DNA from: Spirochaetota bacterium
GTDB lineage: Bacteria; Spirochaetota; UBA4802; UBA5550
DNA: 64,000 bases
Assembly: GCA_963663865.1 (NCBI GenBank)
Contig: OY760686.1
Location: 1,088,001-1,152,000, forward strand
Reading direction: 5' to 3'
Shown here: in pieces, positions 1 through 10,192 of the stretch
Position numbering within the stretch: the stretch's first letter is position 1
How the letters are laid out: every line of letters starts with the position of its first letter
Notes under the pieces: generated by a model
What the model saw: the letters and a program-made list of their open reading frames with translations, nothing else
Told to the model about the DNA's origin: nothing
Databases searched by the model: none
Position numbers and translations under genes: made by a program

Positions 1-615
1 GTTTGCCGGATGCGCCTCTGAGTGGACGAATCCTGTCTGTATTGCCCGTTCTTCAACCATTATAAGCATCTTGAAAGCGTCCTCAAGCTGGCTTCCCCCC
101 CGTTCAGCTTCGGAGTAAACCGCGAGACAGGTATTAAGGCCTATATATATGGTTGGAATCTCTTTCCATGTCGGACCATGTCCTATCTTGGCAAGGACGG
201 TCGATTCGTCGGAAATGTGATAAAAGGTAGGCACTCCTGGATTCTCTCTAATAATTACAAAGCGCCTTGCGGAAGCGGTATCGCCAAGGCGGCAAGTCGC
301 AAGCGCCCTGTGGAGAAGCGCAACGCTTTTAGTCAGCTGAGATGTGAGTTCGGCGCTCTGTGTGAGACGGCTGAGGATGGTCTGGTCGCTGCCGGCGATC
401 GCATTGTACGAGTTGTTTACAATCTGTAGGATATCGCTTTCAGAAGGCGTATTGCCGGATTTGATATTCTCAATAATTCCCCTGTCAGGATAGATTTCAA
501 ACGCCCTGTCTTCCATAAAAGCGATGTTGATGGCAGATTTGATGAGCTCATCTGACATCATGTGCTCTTCTTCAATCTTGTAGCGGCCAATACTTTTGAC
601 AGGTATATTTTTCAT
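1..615 (-). CDS. Hypothetical protein, runs off the window edge (not in the ORF track)
   Basis: Read by hand: ATG at 615 with GGAG RBS, open frame MKNIPVKSIGRYKIEEEH... continuing to position 1 with no stop. Confidence 0.75.
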   Translation of the reverse strand, partial: MKNIPVKSIGRYKIEEEHMMSDELIKSAINIAFMEDRAFEIYPDRGIIENIKSGNTPSESDILQIVNNSYNAIAGSDQTILSRLTQSAELTSQLTKSVALLHRALATCRLGDTASARRFVIIRENPGVPTFYHISDESTVLAKIGHGPTWKEIPTIYIGLNTCLAVYSEAERGGSQLEDAFKMLIMVEERAIQTGFVHSEAHPAN

Positions 616-792
616 TTGACAGACTCCGGCAAATACAATTTTCTGATAAAACACAAGCTGTCTAGTTTACAACGTAAACGGCTAATGTGCAAATAAAATA
701 TATCAGCCGGATGAAAATAACTCCGCAAGTGAGGGGTAAAGCATTCGGTTTGCTGCATCATTTATGAACAATCACTTAAACGGAACTCTACG

Positions 793-1140
793 ATGGATTA
801 CATTATCGGTCTCATAACCGCCAACACCCTGACGCTGCTTGCGGCTATTATAATAGGCCTCATGGTTTTTCTGGCTATAGTAAAGAGGTTTATAAGGCTA
901 TTTGCTGTAGCTGTGTTTATACTTCTATGCTACGCGGGATATCTTTACTACACAGGGCAGAAGGTCCCTGTCACAAAGGAAGAGATTCTTGAACACGGCT
1001 CTGAAAAGCTTCAGGAATACAGGGTTAAAGAAAAGGCTGACAGGGCGGCTGGCGAAATTCGAAGCGGTGTCAGAGAGGCTGTTAAGGACGAGGTAAAAAA
1101 AGAGGTCAAGAAGGAGCTGGGTTCAGCTAAAGGTGAATGA
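793..1140 (+). CDS. Small membrane protein (2 TM helices + charged tail)
   Basis: Hydrophobic N-terminal half, Lys/Glu-rich C-terminus. Confidence 0.7.
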   Translation: MDYIIGLITANTLTLLAAIIIGLMVFLAIVKRFIRLFAVAVFILLCYAGYLYYTGQKVPVTKEEILEHGSEKLQEYRVKEKADRAAGEIRSGVREAVKDEVKKEVKKELGSAKGE

Positions 1141-1151
1141 AAATCGCCTGA

Positions 1152-2414
1152 TCAATCTGCTGACTGTTCAAGCCAGACTTTCATCGCCCGCGAATAGTAT
1201 TCTAAAGGTGGCGCGGTGACTTCAAGTTTTTTTATCAGTACCTTGCGGGCCCACCTTCTTTCAGCGTATTCACAGAAATCCTTGATGTTCCTGCCTGACA
1301 TTCCATCAGCTGCTTCTCCGAGAACGGCGGTTTCTTCGGGGCTCAGTTGGGACGCGTAATTAGCGAAGATCGATGAACGCTCGCGGGCGTTGGGAAGCGG
1401 GAATCTTATGGACTGGTCAAAACGGCTTATAAGCGCGTGATCAAGGTCGTTCTTTCTGTTTGTCGCGCCGATTGTTATGGAATTTGTGGCTGCGTCAATT
1501 CCGTCAAGCTTTCTTAGAAGTACAGACAGGATGCGCCTCGTGGCTTCGAACATGTTCTGGTCCCGGGAACCGGCGAGAGAGTCAATTTCATCAAGGAATA
1601 GTATGGCTCCCCCCATCTCCTCACACGATTCAAAGATGGCCGCAAGATTCTGTGATGACTGGCCGAACCACTTTGACATTATCGATTCTATGGGGACGTA
1701 CACGAGGGGGATGTTGACCTCTCCCGCTATAAGACGCGCTATGGTAGTCTTTCCTACTCCGGGAGGCCCCTCGAAGAGAATGGCCCTGGGCCTGTTGGAT
1801 TCAAATGTTTTTCTGGTCATTCTGGCGATGGCGTCGTAAATGTCCGGGTTTTTAAGCGGCAGAATGATTGATTCTCTGATGTTGCGTTTCACCTCTTCGT
1901 AGCCGGCGATGTAATCCCAGCCCGGCCCGTTTTCTGGAGAAATGAGCGATGCCCCCAGCTTTTTAAGCTTAAGTACCGGATTTTCCCCATGCCCGGAATA
2001 GCAGTTCTTGTATATCTCTATTGCGGTATTGAGCTCTTCCTGTGTCAGGTTGCCTTTTTTCGATATTTCAACCCTCGAGTTAATCAGGCTGAAAAATTCA
2101 AACTTGATATTTTCGAGCATATTCTCGGTTTTGAACATATTCCTGTTGAGTGCCTGAAAAGCGTAGTGTCCGTCGCCGTATGTGCTTATTCTGATATTCT
2201 CGATGTGTTTTTTTATGACGACGGTACAGCCGTAAAGGGTTGTCTCGTTGAGCTGCGGAATTTTAAAGGAAATCAGGGTGGATCCCTTTTCAAAGGAAAC
2301 ACTCGGGACGTCCGCCATCTCGCCTGAAGGTATGGACATTGTATGGGAAGAAAGCTCACGGTCAAACTGTGCTTTCATTCTGTCGTATGGTATCAGTGTT
2401 TCTTCAGCCGGCAT
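1152..2414 (-). CDS. Single-domain classical AAA+ ATPase
   Basis: Walker A GPPGVGKT, Walker B FLDEID, SRH ATNRKNDLDHALISRFD. Confidence 0.9.
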   Translation of the reverse strand: MPAEETLIPYDRMKAQFDRELSSHTMSIPSGEMADVPSVSFEKGSTLISFKIPQLNETTLYGCTVVIKKHIENIRISTYGDGHYAFQALNRNMFKTENMLENIKFEFFSLINSRVEISKKGNLTQEELNTAIEIYKNCYSGHGENPVLKLKKLGASLISPENGPGWDYIAGYEEVKRNIRESIILPLKNPDIYDAIARMTRKTFESNRPRAILFEGPPGVGKTTIARLIAGEVNIPLVYVPIESIMSKWFGQSSQNLAAIFESCEEMGGAILFLDEIDSLAGSRDQNMFEATRRILSVLLRKLDGIDAATNSITIGATNRKNDLDHALISRFDQSIRFPLPNARERSSIFANYASQLSPEETAVLGEAADGMSGRNIKDFCEYAERRWARKVLIKKLEVTAPPLEYYSRAMKVWLEQSAD

Positions 2415-3076
2415 CAGCCCTCAAGCCCCGGTATTCCATGGAGTGTTATTCTTTCAGGGGGATCGCGGCGTTCAAAGTCAATAATCAGCGTATCCCGTTT
2501 TTTTTCGATTTTTGAGGTAAAGTCATAATTCCATTCAATTTTTATAACAGTAAGATATAGCTTTCTGCCGGCAACATCGTTGATATCAATGAGTGATTCA
2601 CTCTTGTCATAGATGCTGAAGCCTGTTACGCGTCTTTTGCATGTTATTACGCCCTGAGCGTCCGTCCTGACCGAGCTGAAACGGTGATCATCGTCTTTGG
2701 TGTAATACCAGTACGAAGGGGAGTTGTCCGATATTGTCAGAGCTTCATCCTGATTAAAAAGCCCCTCCGCGATGATTGCGCCTTTGAAACCGTTGATTTC
2801 CTTTTCAGGAACGCCGTTTCGAGCCGGTGTAAGGCTGCTTTCGTTGAATGAGGCGTTTATGAATACACCGCCGGGGCGGTCAAATTTAATGATGATGCTA
2901 AACGGAGATTTCGAAAGGCTGACAGCGCCGTTTGCCGGCTGAATCAAAATATCATTTTGCTCAATCTCAAGTGTAAATTCATCGAACTGTGAATCGCGTA
3001 TTAATTCTCTGTTCCCGCCGCAGCTCAATAGAGCAAAAAGTAAAAAGGCAGCGGCAGTCAGTGTGATATTTCTCAT
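2414..3076 (-). CDS. Putative lipoprotein
   Basis: Signal peptide with lipobox LLSC; stop overlaps the AAA start codon. Confidence 0.75.
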   Translation of the reverse strand: MRNITLTAAAFLLFALLSCGGNRELIRDSQFDEFTLEIEQNDILIQPANGAVSLSKSPFSIIIKFDRPGGVFINASFNESSLTPARNGVPEKEINGFKGAIIAEGLFNQDEALTISDNSPSYWYYTKDDDHRFSSVRTDAQGVITCKRRVTGFSIYDKSESLIDINDVAGRKLYLTVIKIEWNYDFTSKIEKKRDTLIIDFERRDPPERITLHGIPGLEG

Positions 3077-3139
3077 ATGTGAAGAACCCGGGTAATGCGT
3101 AATAGTCTTATTCCTGAAAAAGGAGAGAAGTTATTGTGA

Positions 3140-3679
3140 TTACTGTTTCCCGGTTCTGTCAATACACTTTTTAAAAATGCGTCTGAAGACGGCCTTAATG
3201 CCCGCTATAATGATAATCGCGCTTACAAGTCCGGAAAGAGAGTAAACAAGGCCTTCAGTTGTAAGCGGAAAGCCGGGTACAAAATTCTGAAGAGTCGATT
3301 TCAGTATGTCCGGATAGATGTTAGCAAGAAAAGTGGTGAATTTGCTCAAGCCCTCTGAAGCTGACAGCTCCTTTAGAGCGGAGGATATTTCGGCAAGCCT
3401 CTCGACGTTAGCGCTCATGTCCTTTCCGGTCAAAATGAAATCTGTGACCCCGGAGTCAAGAAACACCCTGATATATGATGACAGATCCTTGCCGCTTGCC
3501 GAGGCAGCATCGCGGTACTGCTGAACGACACGGCTCAGTTCGTCGACATGGCCGCCGAGCCTCTGAATGTACTGGGCTATGAGCTGCGGAATCTGGGCGG
3601 CTATTACAGCGCCTGCTGCGGCAGCTGCCCTGTCGGCTATTGTACCCAGGAACCTTATCGGCGCCGTAATCTTCCGCAT
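3140..3679 (-). CDS. DUF2937-like membrane protein
   Basis: QIPQLIAQYIQRLGGHVDEL motif; start at MRKIT chosen for GAGGA RBS. Confidence 0.7.
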   Translation of the reverse strand: MRKITAPIRFLGTIADRAAAAAGAVIAAQIPQLIAQYIQRLGGHVDELSRVVQQYRDAASASGKDLSSYIRVFLDSGVTDFILTGKDMSANVERLAEISSALKELSASEGLSKFTTFLANIYPDILKSTLQNFVPGFPLTTEGLVYSLSGLVSAIIIIAGIKAVFRRIFKKCIDRTGKQ

Positions 3680-3696
3680 AGCTGTTCCTCGCATAC

Positions 3697-4110
3697 TCAT
3701 ACAGTCAAACTGCCGAAATTCGCCATGTTTTCTGAATCCATTACGCATACGGCTTCAATGCCGCCCCTGATATTGTAAACGGTCTTTACTGACAGCCTGG
3801 CCGGCTTGAGGCTTGCCGCCAGGTCTTTGAAAATGCGGTCGGTGGCGGCTTCCTGATATATCCCGGCGTCCCTGTACGAAATAAAGTAGTATTTGAGTGA
3901 TTTAAGCTCAACAATCGCCCTGCCAGGGACGTAAACTATCTCGACCCTTGCTATATCCGGCAGCCCGGAAAATGGGCAAACCGCGCTGAACTCTTCTGTT
4001 ATGTATGTTATCTCCTGGGGCAAACCATTGTAGGGAATTGTCTCAAGAAAGTCGGCTCTTATGCAGCCTTCGTCTTTGAATTCGAATATTCTTCCTTCGG
4101 GTACTGGCAT
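3697..4110 (-). CDS. queF: 7-cyano-7-deazaguanine (preQ0) reductase, unimodular type
   Basis: [13 protein letters not shown] catalytic Cys/Asp and QueF motif ELKSLKYY. Confidence 0.9.
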   Translation of the reverse strand: MPVPEGRIFEFKDEGCIRADFLETIPYNGLPQEITYITEEFSAVCPFSGLPDIARVEIVYVPGRAIVELKSLKYYFISYRDAGIYQEAATDRIFKDLAASLKPARLSVKTVYNIRGGIEAVCVMDSENMANFGSLTV

Positions 4111-4140
4111 TGTTTTCTCCGGTTTGGGTATGCTGGTGTA

Positions 4141-4743
4141 TTAGTGAGAATTATGATCTTCGGAGATTTCTCCGAAGGTTACCGTCCTGTCTTCCGCTAC
4201 GGAAATAGAAAGGCCGCAGTCCGGGCACATGAAGTCACCATCCTCCCTTATCTTAATAAGGGCTCCGCAGCGGGGACATTCCACAATAAAGGGGGGGATA
4301 TATTCACTGACAGCCGGCTCTTCTGTTTTGGTTTCAGCTGTGTCAGGTTCGGGTTCTACTGTATCTGTCGGCTGAAAGGTCACGGAGATTTCGGAATGAG
4401 TATCGGCAGCTTCAATCGCTTCAACTCTGCTGGACGCTGTCTTAAGTATCCCGTCAAATCCGAGTGCTGAGAACAGCGATGTAATCTCCGGGTTAAGTGA
4501 AAAGAGGATAAAGCAGCCTCCCGCCTGGGTGATCCGCCTTTCCAGATATAGCAGCAGGCCGATTCCCGCTGAGCTGAAGAACTCAATGCCTTCCGCGTCG
4601 AGAAGAATCGAAACGGCTCCGTCATCCGAAAGGGTGCTTATGTATGCGTCAAGATCGGGAGCGCTCCCGCTGTTAATTGGACCTGCCGGTTTGACAATCG
4701 CGGCTGTCCCGTCCAGGATGAGCATGTGGCTTATCTCTGTCAT
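4141..4743 (-). CDS. STAS (anti-anti-sigma) domain fused to a Zn-ribbon
   Basis: STAS motif FFSSAGIG; C-terminal CPRC...CPDC. Confidence 0.8.
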   Translation of the reverse strand: MTEISHMLILDGTAAIVKPAGPINSGSAPDLDAYISTLSDDGAVSILLDAEGIEFFSSAGIGLLLYLERRITQAGGCFILFSLNPEITSLFSALGFDGILKTASSRVEAIEAADTHSEISVTFQPTDTVEPEPDTAETKTEEPAVSEYIPPFIVECPRCGALIKIREDGDFMCPDCGLSISVAEDRTVTFGEISEDHNSH

Positions 4744-5801
4744 TATATCCTCTCAATTTTACGCCCTGCCGGGATGGGATCCTTGACCTTTTTTTCCTGC
4801 TTCCCGTTTCTGTCCCGGCGGCTGACAAGGCTGCCGTGCGGAACGGGCTCTGCGCAGCCGGATTCATCGGAATCTTCCAGCCGGAGCCTGTCAAGTTCAA
4901 TCGTAATGGAACCGTCCGGCTTTTCGATTATCCTTACTTCTCGGGCTTCCCGCGGGACAGGGCGAAAGGTTTCACGCGCCGGTGCGGGCACTGGCTCAGC
5001 TTCGTGTTCCGCGGCCGGGGTTTTTATCTCCGGAAGCTCATCGGTATCAATAAAAGCTGATCTTTGCCGGATAGACCTGTATCTAAGGAATACGAATATG
5101 GAAAGAAGGAGAGCTACAAGAGCTGAGCCCGAAGCGCATAATATAAGGTTCCTTTTGAGAACAGGAATCTGTTCCAGCAGGTAGTCCGAAATCTGTTTTT
5201 TGCTGATGATGAGGCTTACGGTCCCAACGGGTTCGCCCCTGTTGTAAACAGCCCGGCTTGCGATCCATGCCGTGCTTTTAATCCCCGAATACATGTATTG
5301 AGATATGTAATTTCTTATTTCGGGAGTGAACGCCGGTTTTCCGGTTATCAGGTTGTAGTCAGTAAAGAGGGTTTCGGCTTTGCCTTCCTTCGAGCAGGCA
5401 AGAATGAGGTCCATGTTGAAGTATATCCTGTCGTTGAGGATGTTGCCTTTTGCGGCCCTTACGGGCTCGCTGTCAATGGAAGAGATAATTGTGCCGTCGT
5501 TGAGAACGAAAAGCGCCTCTGCGGCCGAGAGGCCATCAAGCCTTCCCTTGAAAAGAGATGAAACCTTCCCCGGCTTTTTAGGGTCGTAGGAGAGCGAGGC
5601 TATATCCGCAAGGGATGAAGCCGCAGAAGAATACCGATTTTTGATGTAGTCTGTGGTTTTTTCAAGCTCATTCTTAACGGAGCTGTAGGTGAAGTAGCCT
5701 GTAAGCCCGGCGGAAACGCAGAGCTGAACCGTAAATACGAGAAGGAATATTCCGAATGGGAAAATACTTTTCCTGCTTTTGGGTATCTGTTTTTCTGTCA
5801 T
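4743..5801 (-). CDS. Membrane protein with periplasmic sensor-like domain between two TM helices
   Basis: Two hydrophobic helices flanking a ~180 aa domain; low-complexity cytoplasmic tail. Confidence 0.7.
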   Translation of the reverse strand: MTEKQIPKSRKSIFPFGIFLLVFTVQLCVSAGLTGYFTYSSVKNELEKTTDYIKNRYSSAASSLADIASLSYDPKKPGKVSSLFKGRLDGLSAAEALFVLNDGTIISSIDSEPVRAAKGNILNDRIYFNMDLILACSKEGKAETLFTDYNLITGKPAFTPEIRNYISQYMYSGIKSTAWIASRAVYNRGEPVGTVSLIISKKQISDYLLEQIPVLKRNLILCASGSALVALLLSIFVFLRYRSIRQRSAFIDTDELPEIKTPAAEHEAEPVPAPARETFRPVPREAREVRIIEKPDGSITIELDRLRLEDSDESGCAEPVPHGSLVSRRDRNGKQEKKVKDPIPAGRKIERI

Positions 5802-5964
5802 ATTATTATTGCCGATTATAAAGTTTGCGTATACGCAGATTATCGGTTCAAATAGGTGTTGTGCTGACTAAAAAATGCGTTTCCAGTCGGTTATAACCTT
5901 TTCAGGAAGAGAGACAGAATTGAGTGAAGAAATCAAGAGCTTTTCAAAACAGCCGGAGGTCGTG

Positions 5965-6627
5965 ATGAGTAATAATGAAAAAATTGAGGAGTGGGATTGG
6001 GGCCTGGCAAAGCCGACAGGACAGCCTGTTGACAGGAGGGAGGCGCACGCAAAGGGCATCGCTCATGAAGGAGTCCATCTGTGGATTGTCAGGGACTCAG
6101 ACAATGGCCCGGAGCTTCTTTTTCAGAGAAGGGCCCGTCATAAAGACAGCTATCCGGGGTATTTTGATATTACGGTGGGCGGTCATGTCCCCTATGGTTT
6201 GACAGAAGGCAAGGTCCAGAAGGAGGCCCGCGAGGAATTGGGGATTGATCCGCCGGAGGAGTCTCTTATCAGCCTGGGGTGCTACAGGTACGAGGAGCAT
6301 GAAGAACAGGGGCGCTTTCACAGAGAGTTCCAGCAGGTGTATTTGCTGCCCGATGCAAGGCCACTTGACGAGTACAGCTTCGCCGATGGAGAGGTGGACG
6401 CCCTCTGCGCGGTGCCTGTTGATGACCTAAAAAGGATGATGCTGGGCAGTCACAGCTTCAGCGCTGTATGTTTTTATGGAAAGGATATGGGCAATTGCGT
6501 TTTAACAGAGAAGGACTTTCATCCGTTGCTTTTTGCTGAATCGATGAAGGCTTACATGGAGGTTCTGCTTGACGCTGTTGATGTTTTTTTAAGCGGAAAA
6601 GGACGATATCCCCAGATGAGGTGCTAA
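5965..6627 (+). CDS. NUDIX hydrolase (IPP isomerase type 1-like)
   Basis: H..GIAHEGVHLW, QRRA..K..YPG.FD..VGGH, KEAREELG; GGAGG RBS before ATG 5965. Confidence 0.85.
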   Translation: MSNNEKIEEWDWGLAKPTGQPVDRREAHAKGIAHEGVHLWIVRDSDNGPELLFQRRARHKDSYPGYFDITVGGHVPYGLTEGKVQKEAREELGIDPPEESLISLGCYRYEEHEEQGRFHREFQQVYLLPDARPLDEYSFADGEVDALCAVPVDDLKRMMLGSHSFSAVCFYGKDMGNCVLTEKDFHPLLFAESMKAYMEVLLDAVDVFLSGKGRYPQMRC

Positions 6628-6682
6628 AAACAGAATAAAAGCAATAAAAAAAGGCATTTTGTTAAACAAAAGCATAATTAGC

Positions 6683-6710
6683 TTGACTTTTTGGGAATGC
6701 CGGTTATGTT
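6683..6710 (+). promoter_or_regulatory. Putative sigma70 promoter of csp
   Basis: TTGACT-N16-TATGTT about 135 nt upstream of the ATG. Confidence 0.5.
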
Positions 6711-6844
6711 GTACTCAGGTGATAAAGCTCTGTATAAATCTTCTATGAATCTTACCCCGTTCAAAACCAGGTAAATTAGTAGCAATGATTGGCATAGCCG
6801 ATAGGGCAATTCTCCTGAAAAAATCAAATAGGAGTCAGTAGTAT

Positions 6845-7045
6845 ATGACACAGGGAACAGTTAAGTGGTTCAACGATCAAAAAGGCTTTGGATTCATCAC
6901 AGCTAATGATGGACAGGATTACTTTGTACACCACACAAGCATTCTGGCCGACGGGTTTAAGACGCTTCCTGAAGGTGCACAGGTGCAGTTTGAAATTGAA
7001 AAAGGCGAAAAGGGACCGAGAGCAGTACAGGTTTCTGTTATATAA
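6845..7045 (+). CDS. cspA: Cold-shock protein
   Basis: GTVKWFN.KGFGFI and FVH RNP motifs. Confidence 0.95.
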   Translation: MTQGTVKWFNDQKGFGFITANDGQDYFVHHTSILADGFKTLPEGAQVQFEIEKGEKGPRAVQVSVI

Positions 7046-7070
7046 TAAATATATAATCCTTTTGAAACAC

Positions 7071-7099
7071 AGGCCCGCGTTAATTGACGCGGGCTTTTT
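7071..7099 (+). terminator. Intrinsic terminator
   Basis: GCCCGCGT...ACGCGGGC stem followed by a T tract. Confidence 0.8.
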
Positions 7100-7257
7100 A
7101 GTGTCTGTTGACCTCCGGAATTTTGATCATTTTTTACAGTCTCTGAAAAAAAAGAATACAACAGGAGATTTTATATATTAAATTAATTATACTGCCTCCG
7201 CAATTATTTATTGACGGACAGGGACGAATGTATATTTATTATACTGCTGGTAAATAG

Positions 7258-9279
7258 ATGAATAAACAGATCATATTAACTTCAGGCGCTCAAAAATATG
7301 CCGATGTTCCGGAGTATTCTGATTTTCGCGTTATAGGTCCGTCAGAAATAGACGGATACTTCGCGGAGTCTGCAATCGGAGAGGACAGTCCCTACGTTCT
7401 TGTTTTTTGTAGTGTTGAAGAATACCCTGTAATTCAGGGCAGGCTTGAGACGCATGCTAATGGCGATGTGATCAGTGCGTTTGTGCTCTTCAGCGGCGAT
7501 GGAGAGCACAGTGTTTTTCCGGGCGGCTTTCCGGAAAACATCTCCGATTTGCGTACGGGTCCTGTTTCAAAGGCGGAGCTGCGCTTTATAGTCGAAAGGA
7601 CTTTCCGTTTTATGGAGACAGTTTCAAGAGGCCTAAAAAGAGCCGAGGAGTACAGGCTTGGTCTCGAGGACACGCGCCGCGACCAGGAGGACCTGATAAA
7701 CATAGGAAGGGCCCTGTCTAACGAGAAGGACCCCGAGAAGCTTCTTACTCTAATGCTTTTTCTCAGTAAAAAGATTACCGGAGCGGACGCGGGAAGCATC
7801 TATCTTGTCGAGGATAATCCTGAGGGTGGAAAGAGGCTTCGGTTTAAAACATCGCATACCTTTTCAAGGGAGCTTCCCCTTAACGAGTTCGTTATGCCCA
7901 TGGACAAGAACTCAATAGCCGGATATGTTGCCGTTACGGGCGAGGTGCTCAATATTCCTGATGTCTACAGGCTGAGCGAAACCGGAGAATTTCCCTTTAC
8001 CCACAACTCATCAATTGATATACAGCACAACTACCTAACGCGGTCGATGCTCGTTGTTCCAATGCGCAACTACCAGGATGAGGTTATCGGTGTTATTCAG
8101 CTTATTAACAGCAAGGAGTCAGGAAACTCATCCGGAGAAGCTGAAGGCAACGAAGCCTACGGCATTATGCTGATTACCCCGGATGATTTTGACCGTTATG
8201 TGGTCGCCTTTGACCAAAAGTACAACAGAATTCTTGAGGCGATTGCCGGGCAGGCAGCCATAGCTATTGAAAACAACCGGATGATCAAGCAGATAGAGCT
8301 TCAGTTCGAGCAGTTCGTTAAGGCTTCGGTAAAGGCTATAGAATCCCGTGACCCGGCGACTTCAGGCCATTCGTTCAGAGTAGCAGAGATATGCAAACAG
8401 ATGGCTTTTGCCGTGAACAGCATTCATGAAGGTTATCTCAAGGATATTTACTTTACGCCTACTATGATCAGAGAGCTTGAGTTCGCGGCGCTTCTCCATG
8501 ACTTCGGAAAGGTTTATATCGACCTTGCTATTTTCAGAAAAGAGAAGAAACTTTTCCCGCGCGACTTTGAAAATCTGATGATAAGGCTTGATTATCTGTA
8601 CAGATGCGTAGAATTACAGTTTACCGAAAGAATTGCCGGTGTGCCGCGTGATGACAGAGAGAAGATCAACAAGCTTGTTGATGAGAAGCTCAGTATGCTT
8701 GAGAAGATACTTGAAATAAAGGGAAGACTGATCAGGCTGAATGAACCGGCAGTCACAGAGGAAGATCCGGAAGTTGTACTGGATGCTGTACTCTCCGATA
8801 TGGCAGGGATGGAATGCGTCACTGTCGAAGGCAGCGATATGAAGGTGATAACCGACGTCGACAGACTCAATCTTTCGATAAGACGAGGGAGCCTCAATCC
8901 GGAAGAGAGACGCGAGATAGAGACTCATGTCGTTCACACATATAACTTCGTTAAGAAGATTCCATGGCCCTCGGGATACAAAAATATTCCAGAAATAACA
9001 CTGAGGCATCATGAAAAACTTAATGGGAAGGGATATCCCGACGGGCTGAAGGGACGCGATAGCACCCCTGTCCAGGCCAGGATGATGGCAATCGCGGACA
9101 TCTACGACGCCCTTGCATCACCGGACAGGCCTTACAAGAAGGCTGTCCCCAGGGAGAAGATACTCGACATTCTCTGGGAGGAAGCTGACAAGGGCTATCT
9201 TGACCCGGATCTGGTCGAGATTTTTATCAGCTTCAGGGTCTACGACAGAGTCGATCCTGACATGTTCAGGCAGATGTAG
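7258..9279 (+). CDS. GAF + HD-GYP cyclic dinucleotide phosphodiesterase
   Basis: GAF (SIAGYVA, RSMLVVPM, QLIN), LHDFGK, HHEKLNGKGYP, ADIYDAL..DRPYK. Confidence 0.9.
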   Translation: MNKQIILTSGAQKYADVPEYSDFRVIGPSEIDGYFAESAIGEDSPYVLVFCSVEEYPVIQGRLETHANGDVISAFVLFSGDGEHSVFPGGFPENISDLRTGPVSKAELRFIVERTFRFMETVSRGLKRAEEYRLGLEDTRRDQEDLINIGRALSNEKDPEKLLTLMLFLSKKITGADAGSIYLVEDNPEGGKRLRFKTSHTFSRELPLNEFVMPMDKNSIAGYVAVTGEVLNIPDVYRLSETGEFPFTHNSSIDIQHNYLTRSMLVVPMRNYQDEVIGVIQLINSKESGNSSGEAEGNEAYGIMLITPDDFDRYVVAFDQKYNRILEAIAGQAAIAIENNRMIKQIELQFEQFVKASVKAIESRDPATSGHSFRVAEICKQMAFAVNSIHEGYLKDIYFTPTMIRELEFAALLHDFGKVYIDLAIFRKEKKLFPRDFENLMIRLDYLYRCVELQFTERIAGVPRDDREKINKLVDEKLSMLEKILEIKGRLIRLNEPAVTEEDPEVVLDAVLSDMAGMECVTVEGSDMKVITDVDRLNLSIRRGSLNPEERREIETHVVHTYNFVKKIPWPSGYKNIPEITLRHHEKLNGKGYPDGLKGRDSTPVQARMMAIADIYDALASPDRPYKKAVPREKILDILWEEADKGYLDPDLVEIFISFRVYDRVDPDMFRQM

Positions 9280-9283
9280 AGGA

Positions 9284-10192
9284 TCAGCTGCTTGACGCTC
9301 TGATCCCAATCAGCATAAGCCTGTCTGACGGAGCGGAGGGCGCAATAAAGTTATCGTGTAGCTGTTCGTAACGCATGAAAAGGGAAAACACTGCCCCCTT
9401 CCCCTGATATCCCCCCGATAATTCCACGCTAAAGTCCGATTTAACCGACCCGTTTTTGTAAAAAAAGAGAGAGTATTTTCCCGTAAGACGTATTAGAAAC
9501 CCGGACGCAATTTTGTAGTCAGCACCTGCGGTGATTTCCGAGGAGACGGAGAGTTTCCCGCCATTTGTCTCTATCACATCAGATGTTATACTTCCGTATT
9601 GTCTGTCGTCTTCATAAACAGTAAAACCGTCGGCACGCACGGAGGCGTAAAGCCCAATTCCGGATGCCGGGCATAAAGAGTGTAGTGCCGCTTCGGCCAT
9701 TGCGCTGTCGTAAATTATGACCCTGGAATAATGTTCGCCACGCTCAGAGAGAAGCTCAAGGTTGTCAATATCGTGTTTGCAGCGGTGATAGTAGCCGCCT
9801 CTGATGAAAAGGTTTCCTTTTGAGTAGGAAAGAGCGAAAGCCTCGTCCCAAAAAATGGATCGGGGATTGTACCCGATTTTACTGTGACGGTCGGCTGCCA
9901 GTTCAACGTCTGTGCGGAAAGTCAGGTCAATGCTGTGCAGTGTTAAGAGAGAAACGGAAATTCCAGCGCGTGACCCGTATCGGTAATCGCCGCTTTTTGA
10001 ACTTGAGTATCTTGAGAATTCTCCGAAACCGGCGAGGGCAGTCAGTATGCCGTTGTTCATGTTTGGAAGAAAACCGGTTGTTGAATGTGGAAAGTATCTG
10101 TCAGGGTAGACGGCTCCCTGTGAATGCGCAAAGGGCAACATGGCGGCTAAGGCTGCGGCCAGTAATATGGTTTTCACGTTAGAATATTTCAT
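9284..10192 (-). CDS. Exported protein, probable outer-membrane beta-barrel
   Basis: Signal peptide; alternating aromatic/hydrophobic strand pattern. Confidence 0.6.
   Translation of the reverse strand: MKYSNVKTILLAAALAAMLPFAHSQGAVYPDRYFPHSTTGFLPNMNNGILTALAGFGEFSRYSSSKSGDYRYGSRAGISVSLLTLHSIDLTFRTDVELAADRHSKIGYNPRSIFWDEAFALSYSKGNLFIRGGYYHRCKHDIDNLELLSERGEHYSRVIIYDSAMAEAALHSLCPASGIGLYASVRADGFTVYEDDRQYGSITSDVIETNGGKLSVSSEITAGADYKIASGFLIRLTGKYSLFFYKNGSVKSDFSVELSGGYQGKGAVFSLFMRYEQLHDNFIAPSAPSDRLMLIGIRASSS

Noticed and set aside
22-429. 135-aa + strand ORF
   Set aside because: Antisense to a longer RBS-bearing minus-strand gene (1-615).
3697-4110. queF as part of a deazaguanine DNA-modification/defence island
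   Set aside because: No dpdA, queC/D/E or nuclease neighbours; housekeeping queuosine role is simpler.
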